DNA of 64,000 bases from Trichoplax sp. H2. Lineage: Eukaryota. How positions within the stretch are numbered: position 1 is the first letter of the stretch; each line of letters opens with the position of its first letter. Both the position numbers and the translations under genes were made by a program. The notes under the pieces are model-generated. The model saw only the letters and a list, made by a program, of their open reading frames with translations, searched no databases and had not been told where the DNA came from. Below, piece by piece: positions 57,539 to 64,000 of this stretch. Location: positions 124,001 to 188,000 of the forward strand of contig NOWV01000021.1 of the NCBI GenBank assembly GCA_003344405.1, written 5' to 3'.

Positions 57539-60500
57539 ATGTTGAGAACATTAAAGGTATCTCGATCAATCCGAATTCTCTCCATTCTCACGGTCCTAAT
57601 AATTTTAAATCAGGTAAGAAATAATCAACTAATGTACAAACCAAGAGGCAGTTTTATTGCGATTTCATAAAGACTATTCAGATATTTCTTCAATACTATA
57701 TATTCAAATCGACTAAATTCAAATCCACTCTCTTTCTGCTTAATATGATTACGTTTACCATATTTTTCTTTCAGATCTATTTTATAAGAATTAGTAGTGT
57801 AGAAGCAAACGATATTAATTATGCCCAAGGCACATATGTAATATCAACTTCGACCTGCGGTAGTCCTCCAACTGAGTTTTGTTCCCCGGATGGTCAATGT
57901 TCCAATATTTGTAACGAAACATGTCCACAAACTTCGAAATTAACATTATTAACAACGGCAGCCACGGCGGCTTCGGCGGTAAGGAATAATGAAAATCTCT
58001 TTACTTAGCATTAAAAAATTAAGTAATATAAAGGAAGTCTATAAGTTATCATTTTACGAGTATTCGTCCCATGATCGATTTTAAAAGATACTTTTACCTG
58101 TACTACTCGTGCAGGTACCAACATCGTCTTCTGCTCCTGGTAGCTATACATCATCTTATAATTTTGACGGATCAACATATTATACAGTACAACAAAAAGA
58201 TGAGCCGACAACATTGCAAGTTCAAGGTGGCTTCTCTATAACAATTTGGACCAAACCACAGACAAGTAGTGTTGGGTAAGTTGAAGTAGATTATACACTT
58301 ACTTCTCTAATAATACGGGTAGTAAAGTCTAGTATACCAATCCTCTAGTATCTAATTATTGATGACAAACATCCGAATTTAAAGGTAAAAGACTTTCTTA
58401 GAAAAATTAATATACTGTACGGTAGTAATAGCGATAAGATCTCCTAGACTATAAGAATCAAAGGGGTTTCTGCAACTACGTTAGCCGAAACTAAATCTCT
58501 TAAGAATACGCTACAATAGCTCTAATCATTATTTCAAATACAATTTCATCATATCTCAATTGATAATGAGTTTAAATCCATCATAATCCATAAATTTAAT
58601 TATCATGGCTTGTATGCGATATTATGATGTTTATAGTCATAATACTGCGAAATTCAAGTTTATGTCGCTAACACCATGATTCTCCTAATTATACTGTATA
58701 CTCACGCTATTTTGCAATAAAGATAGTGTAGCTAATATTGATTATTCCATTTGCTTTTCGATAGACGATTTTTTATGAAAGAAGCTCAAGGCACTTCCAA
58801 TGGTATTTACATGTCGTTAGTTACCAATACAACTGGTCCTAATAAACATTTATCCTATTGGTATCAAGACGACAACAATCAACTCAGTTCCGTTACTTTT
58901 TCTAATATTGCTCTCGATGATAACTTGTGGCATCTAGTAACAATTATTATATATAATGAAGGCGGATTTGATATTTTTACCCAGCAGTATTCTAAACCGT
59001 CGATATCGCTTTATATTGATAAGACGCTGAGATATGCTAATTCTCGCTATGGGGGCTAAGCCGAAATATGGATTGGGAACTTTTACTATCGGTAAAGGCG
59101 TCCAAACTGGCGATAATTATAAAGGTATCAATATACTTATAGATTAATAGTTCGTGGTTGATTATCAGAGCGTGGACGGTCTTGTTCCATTATCAATAAA
59201 ATATGAAATTTATGCTACCAGTTAAAAGCGGTGAAAACTACAGCTTTTATTCGTTTTTGTATCCAGTTATCGAAGTTCTATATTCAGTGATTCAACCTTA
59301 ATTATTTAAAAATAGTTTTGGGTTATATATGGCGTCAGACTTTTAGGATCAATTCAGTAATTAAGATCAACATTATAGTATTTAGGGCCTAATATTCCAC
59401 AACGCCTAAGTTTTAGTAGTTTGTAGCCAGTTTTAAATTCAAAGATGCTCAGCTTTGTGCTATAATTTAACAGATAGATAAAGAAATGATGCCATAACAT
59501 AACTAGATTGATGTTACTTATTGTGTCATATTTTAATACAGTAGATAAATTTCAGAGTTAAATTTTAATAATTTGCGGCAACGTTATTTAAATAATATTA
59601 CCGGCTATGATTGGAGAGGATATTGAAGACATTCTGCGAAAATTAAGTATTCACTACAGTATGTAAAATAAATTAATCAAAATAGCAGTTATCAGTTAAA
59701 CACGATCTTACGAGAATAAATTCGATTACTTCGTGATTGAAATGAAGATAGCTTCGCGGTATATTCTAGATTATGCGTAGCAGTGAACTTTCTAATACAT
59801 ATTTTTATGAATGAATTGCAAAAAGTAGTTAAAAAATACTTCAGTAATAATCAACTAATTTTTAAAAGTTACATTTTAAAGTACATCAATTTATTAAGCC
59901 GATAGCAATTTTACTAATGTCATTCATATTGTTTACATATATAACGTCAATCCAGAACTCTATTCTTACTATAGCTACTACAACTCGTACTATAACAAAT
60001 AATCAAGACTGATAGAATCTAATGATAATATATTAGTCTTATAAGTGCTCCGAAATTTCATTCTCATAATTGCTACAGCAAATCCAAATTTGTTGTAATA
60101 AGTAATTAAGATTAATAACACAGATTTGAGGATATAGGTTCTATAAAAACAGTTAGAAATGAATTCATAATGGTTATATAGTTAAACAATATCAGAAGCT
60201 TCAATTGTCATTGTAATATCTAATTAGATCTTTATACTTTGTTACTTACGATAAATTGTCAAAATAAGTATACATTCTATCTTGTTTACTAGGTCTTATG
60301 GCTTCTCTACAGTTTTATAACATCCAGCTACAATCGAATCAAATTAACAATTTAGCTAGTGGTTTATCTTCCATTTATGCATCCAAAGTATATCCATATC
60401 CTCGATGTTTGTGTAAAGCTAACTCTCAGTTAGTACCAGACGCGTACATTATTTCAAGATGTCTGAACGCAAGCACTGGAAATTATTTCGATAGGTAATA

Positions 60501-63500
60501 AATTGTAACTAATACTATCTACTATCGTAACGCAAATATACCAGCTATACGAATAAATCATTTTGTTTAAAATAAAATCAGTTTAACTAGTTTTGCTAAG
60601 AGACTATAATCTAAGTGCTCTGGCAACTGGATCACCGTAACATAAGATTGAAGATCGAATCCATATCAACTTAACAGTTACAGACGAATAATATTATATT
60701 CCAATACTCTAGATAGATATTATGGTATTACTACGTTTTATAAGCACTACCGATATATCTTTAAATAAAGATATTAAAATTCTTAGTATTTTCTATCTAA
60801 TTCACTTGTAACACGTTAGCGCACGTTTTCCCCATCTGTAGAGCACATAACTGCTATAAATATAGTTGGCAACTGCAATTGTTTGATTTATTCCACTTTC
60901 TGTACGCTCAGTTAGTCATAAAATTTACGCTCAGCATTTAAATTAATTTAATCCCCTTAGAATTAATCCCGATTCGCATCCAGCTGCTTATGCTAATGAT
61001 GGCAATTTGAATACATTTTGGCTTGCCGCTAATGGGACATCAAGTGCAAATCTTACTCTAAACTTATTCAATACTACAACTATAACCTCTTTAACTATTC
61101 ATTCCGTCTACCTACCAACAACCGTCGTCGTTGAGAAACTTTCAGCATCAACTGGCCAATGGCAAATTCTACAACTCTTTGCCGATAATTGCCAATTACG
61201 ATATTCACAAGGAAATAATTCAAAGTTTGTAAACCTTTTAAATTTGCTTGATTTTAAGTATAAATCCATGCAATGGTCTGCCTAAATCCGTTTTATCACT
61301 ATTTACATACAGATTAGAAACAATCAATTCAATAAATTGCATAGAATTCGATGGAATGAATAAGCAGACAGCCAATTTCACCTTTTGGGTATTAAATCAT
61401 GAATAGTAAATGAAAGCGTAAAACCTGATTTGTATCGTACATTGAAATTAAACTTATTCTCTATCCCAATTAGGCAGCAGAAGGAAGACCATTTACCAAC
61501 GATATTCAGTCCATCGCTCAATTGACTAATTTTAGATCTTCGAATAGCACTCGTTTTCAATTTCAATATTCCAATAATCAATCTCAGACGTACTTTGGTA
61601 TTAAAGAAGTCATCGTCAATAGTGGCAATAGCTACGATCCTATTTTCGTTAATAGTACGTTGTATTACCAAATTGAAGAAAATTTGCCAAACAATACTTT
61701 GATTGGGAAAATTATGGCCTATGATCCCGATCATGCTAAAGTTTATTTCACCGCAGTAAAGAATGGTCCAACGGATACAACATTCGGTTATTTTAACATT
61801 GATACCAATGATGGCAACATAACTACCATAAATAATATCGATTATGAAACAATTCCCTCTAATCCTTACATTTTCAACGTTACTGCTCATGATTATGGGA
61901 TAGATAATAGTCGTACTCAAACAAAGCAATTAATTATCACTATTGCCAATGTACCAGAGACACCACAATTTGTCAATATTAATGGAACTCCAACTCAAGG
62001 ATATCAGTTTGAGGTTAATAAAAAAGTTTCTGAAGGAAGCGCAATTGCAGCAGTGCATGCAATTGATCCAGATGGCTCTGGCACAGGTAATTTAATCATA
62101 ACTAAGTTCTAGCAACTTTGCAACTTTACTATGAATGATGCCAATTTTATTGCTACGCTTACATAGACATAAAACTAATTACTTACCTACTCATTACTAT
62201 TATGCTTCTATATTATCATTTTACACCTTAATTACTCCGAGAGTAGCGTGTAAATTTAGTTCTTTTTATTCCGCCACTTGTGCTTATATACTTTCATTAA
62301 TAGCAATATGCCATTATGATAGGCAAATGTTACTAGGAAAAGTTAATTTCGGAACAATGATCTAGATTATCTTATTTTTCATAGTGGTAAATTCCTATGC
62401 TTCCATTTAAGAGTTACAGAAGGATTACATATTAACATATATAGTATATATATCGTTCATATATTTGCAAATTTCACTAGCTATATTTAGAACAATGATC
62501 TAGGCTATAGTAATTCCATAGTAGTAAATTTTTACGCTTCCACTTTAAGAGTAACAGAAGGATTACTTGTTAACATACACATTGTACAAGTAAGCATGCA
62601 TGCAAACTACACTAGCTATATCTAAGGTAATGATCTAGGCTATATTATTTCACATAATAAACTCTTACACATACATATAAAGAATTACGAAACGGTTACA
62701 TGTTGGAATTTAAATAATTATACGCGAACTTCACTAGCTATATTTTGGGCTAGGATCTAGGCTATGCTATTTTACATAGTAAATTCTTACACATTCATGT
62801 TAAGAGTTTCAGAACAATTTCATATAAATAGTATACACTGTTTACCGTACTCATCTAATTTTACCTTGCAATTATAATTACTTATTCTTACAATACTGTG
62901 TATATCAGTTACTACAGATATGAACGTTACTATTATCAAGGAGCTAATATTTAAAATCCCCTATTTAAAATATATATATGCGATTATTGTGAGATATTCT
63001 TGGCATTTATGATTATAAAATTTTATTACATTAATTCTATGTTAATGCTTTCGCTCTTATAATCACAAGGTTGTTGGAGTGTTGTGAGTTATTCTTTCGT
63101 TAATGAACCTCAAGTCTTCCCTTTTTCCATCAATTCTACTACTGGTAGTATTACTACTACCATGCCATTATCAAGTATATCCAACACATTCTATCAAGTC
63201 AATGCTACCGCTCAAGATTGTACAAATTTAACAGATATTGCCTTAGTGAACATTTCTATTGTCAATACCAATGATTATCCACCTGTTTTTAATTCCAGTC
63301 TCTATCGGCAACTCGTTACAAATACTCTTCCCATAGGATCATCTGTTATACAAGTCATGGCTACAGATAAAGACTTAAATCAGTTTGGAAAAGTATCTTA
63401 TTCTATCTTGAATCAGACTAATTTATTTGCTATTCATTCAGCCACTGGTATAATATCCACGGCATCGAGCTTACGATTGATCGTTGAAAATATCACTCTT

Positions 63501-64000
63501 ACTATTTTAGCACAAGATGGTGGAAGTCCACCCTTCAATACAACTGCTTTAGTCGATCTGAATATATATAATCCATGTCAAGATGTTTCTTTGTGGATTT
63601 TGCCGCCTTATAATACAACATTAGATCCATCTGTTAGTTCTGTTGGTTCGTTAGTAATAGCCATTAACGGCTCTGTTCAAGATCCAAGACAAAATCAGGC
63701 GGTAAACGAGATTATTATGTTCTATCAGATAATGGCTGGTAATAATGATGGTCTTTTTGAGATCAACGGGCAAACCGGTATCGTTCGATTGGCTAAAGAT
63801 TTACAGCAATCTGATTTTGGTAAAACTAGAACTTTAACTATCTCGCTTTCCAATAATGGCAGTTGTTCTGTACCTATTACTACGAGCGATGTTAGTATTA
63901 ATATTAATTATGAGATTACTACGTCCAAAAACTTTGCTTCATCAGTTCAGCTAGCATTTTCATCGCCTGAAACATCAATCTTGGACTCCACAGTTAGCAG
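57539..64000 (+). CDS. Usherin-head/cadherin chimeric protein (signal peptide, LamNT with LamG-like insert, at least 4 cadherin repeats); 3' truncated by the window; apparent +1 frameshift near 59051-59059
   Basis: Exons 57539-57613, 57775-57978, 58115-58275, 58765-59124, 60293-60494, 60961-61224, 61313-61388, 61474-62086 and 63070->64000. Motifs: STCGSPPTEFC, FSITIWTKP, WHLVTI, RCLC, INPDSHPAAYANDGNLNTFW, QLFADNC, YFGIKEV; then cadherin AYDPD, IDYE, AHDYG, TNDYPPVF, ATDKD, AQDGGSPP. Confidence 0.85.
62350..62830. repeat. Degenerate intronic tandem repeat, ~4 units of ~122-138 bp
   Basis: GATCTAG recurs at ~62359, ~62497, ~62632 and ~62754. The last three are preceded by CACTAGCTATAT, and most units carry TAAGAGT.ACAGAA-like blocks. 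Confidence 0.8.

Noticed and set aside
61389..61473. In-frame stops after ANFTFWVLNHE suggesting a second lesion in the usherin-cadherin gene
   Set aside because: They are removed by an 85-nt GT-AG intron (61389-61473) that restores the LamNT reading frame.
61378..61929. 183-aa minus-strand ORF
   Set aside because: It is the antisense shadow of the cadherin-coding exon.

Overview
AT-rich, intron-dense eukaryotic DNA with short GT-AG introns and compact genes. It is most consistent with an early-branching animal, probably a placozoan (Trichoplax-like); the taxon is inferred, not proven. I spliced the exons by hand and recovered eight genes. Three are tandem M1 aminopeptidases on +: a 3' fragment, a full-length copy whose HEXXH zinc motif reads NEIAH, and a canonical copy. 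They are followed by a KCTD3/SHKBP1 ortholog (+), a GALNT2/14/16-type GalNAc transferase (-), ZIP9/SLC39A9 (+), a diverged inverted GALNT paralog (+), and the 5' part of a secreted or membrane protein (+). That last protein fuses an usherin-type head (LamNT split by a LamG-like insert) directly to cadherin repeats and carries an apparent +1 frameshift. The KCTD3-GALNT-SLC39A9-usherin-like order echoes the human KCTD3-USH2A and GALNT16-SLC39A9 neighbourhoods. Non-coding features include a 9-unit hairpin-forming minisatellite, TACAGTACTGTA-rich islands at two housekeeping promoters, a ~550 bp interspersed repeat shared by two unrelated introns, and a MITE-like foldback element. No rRNA, tRNA or CRISPR was recognised.
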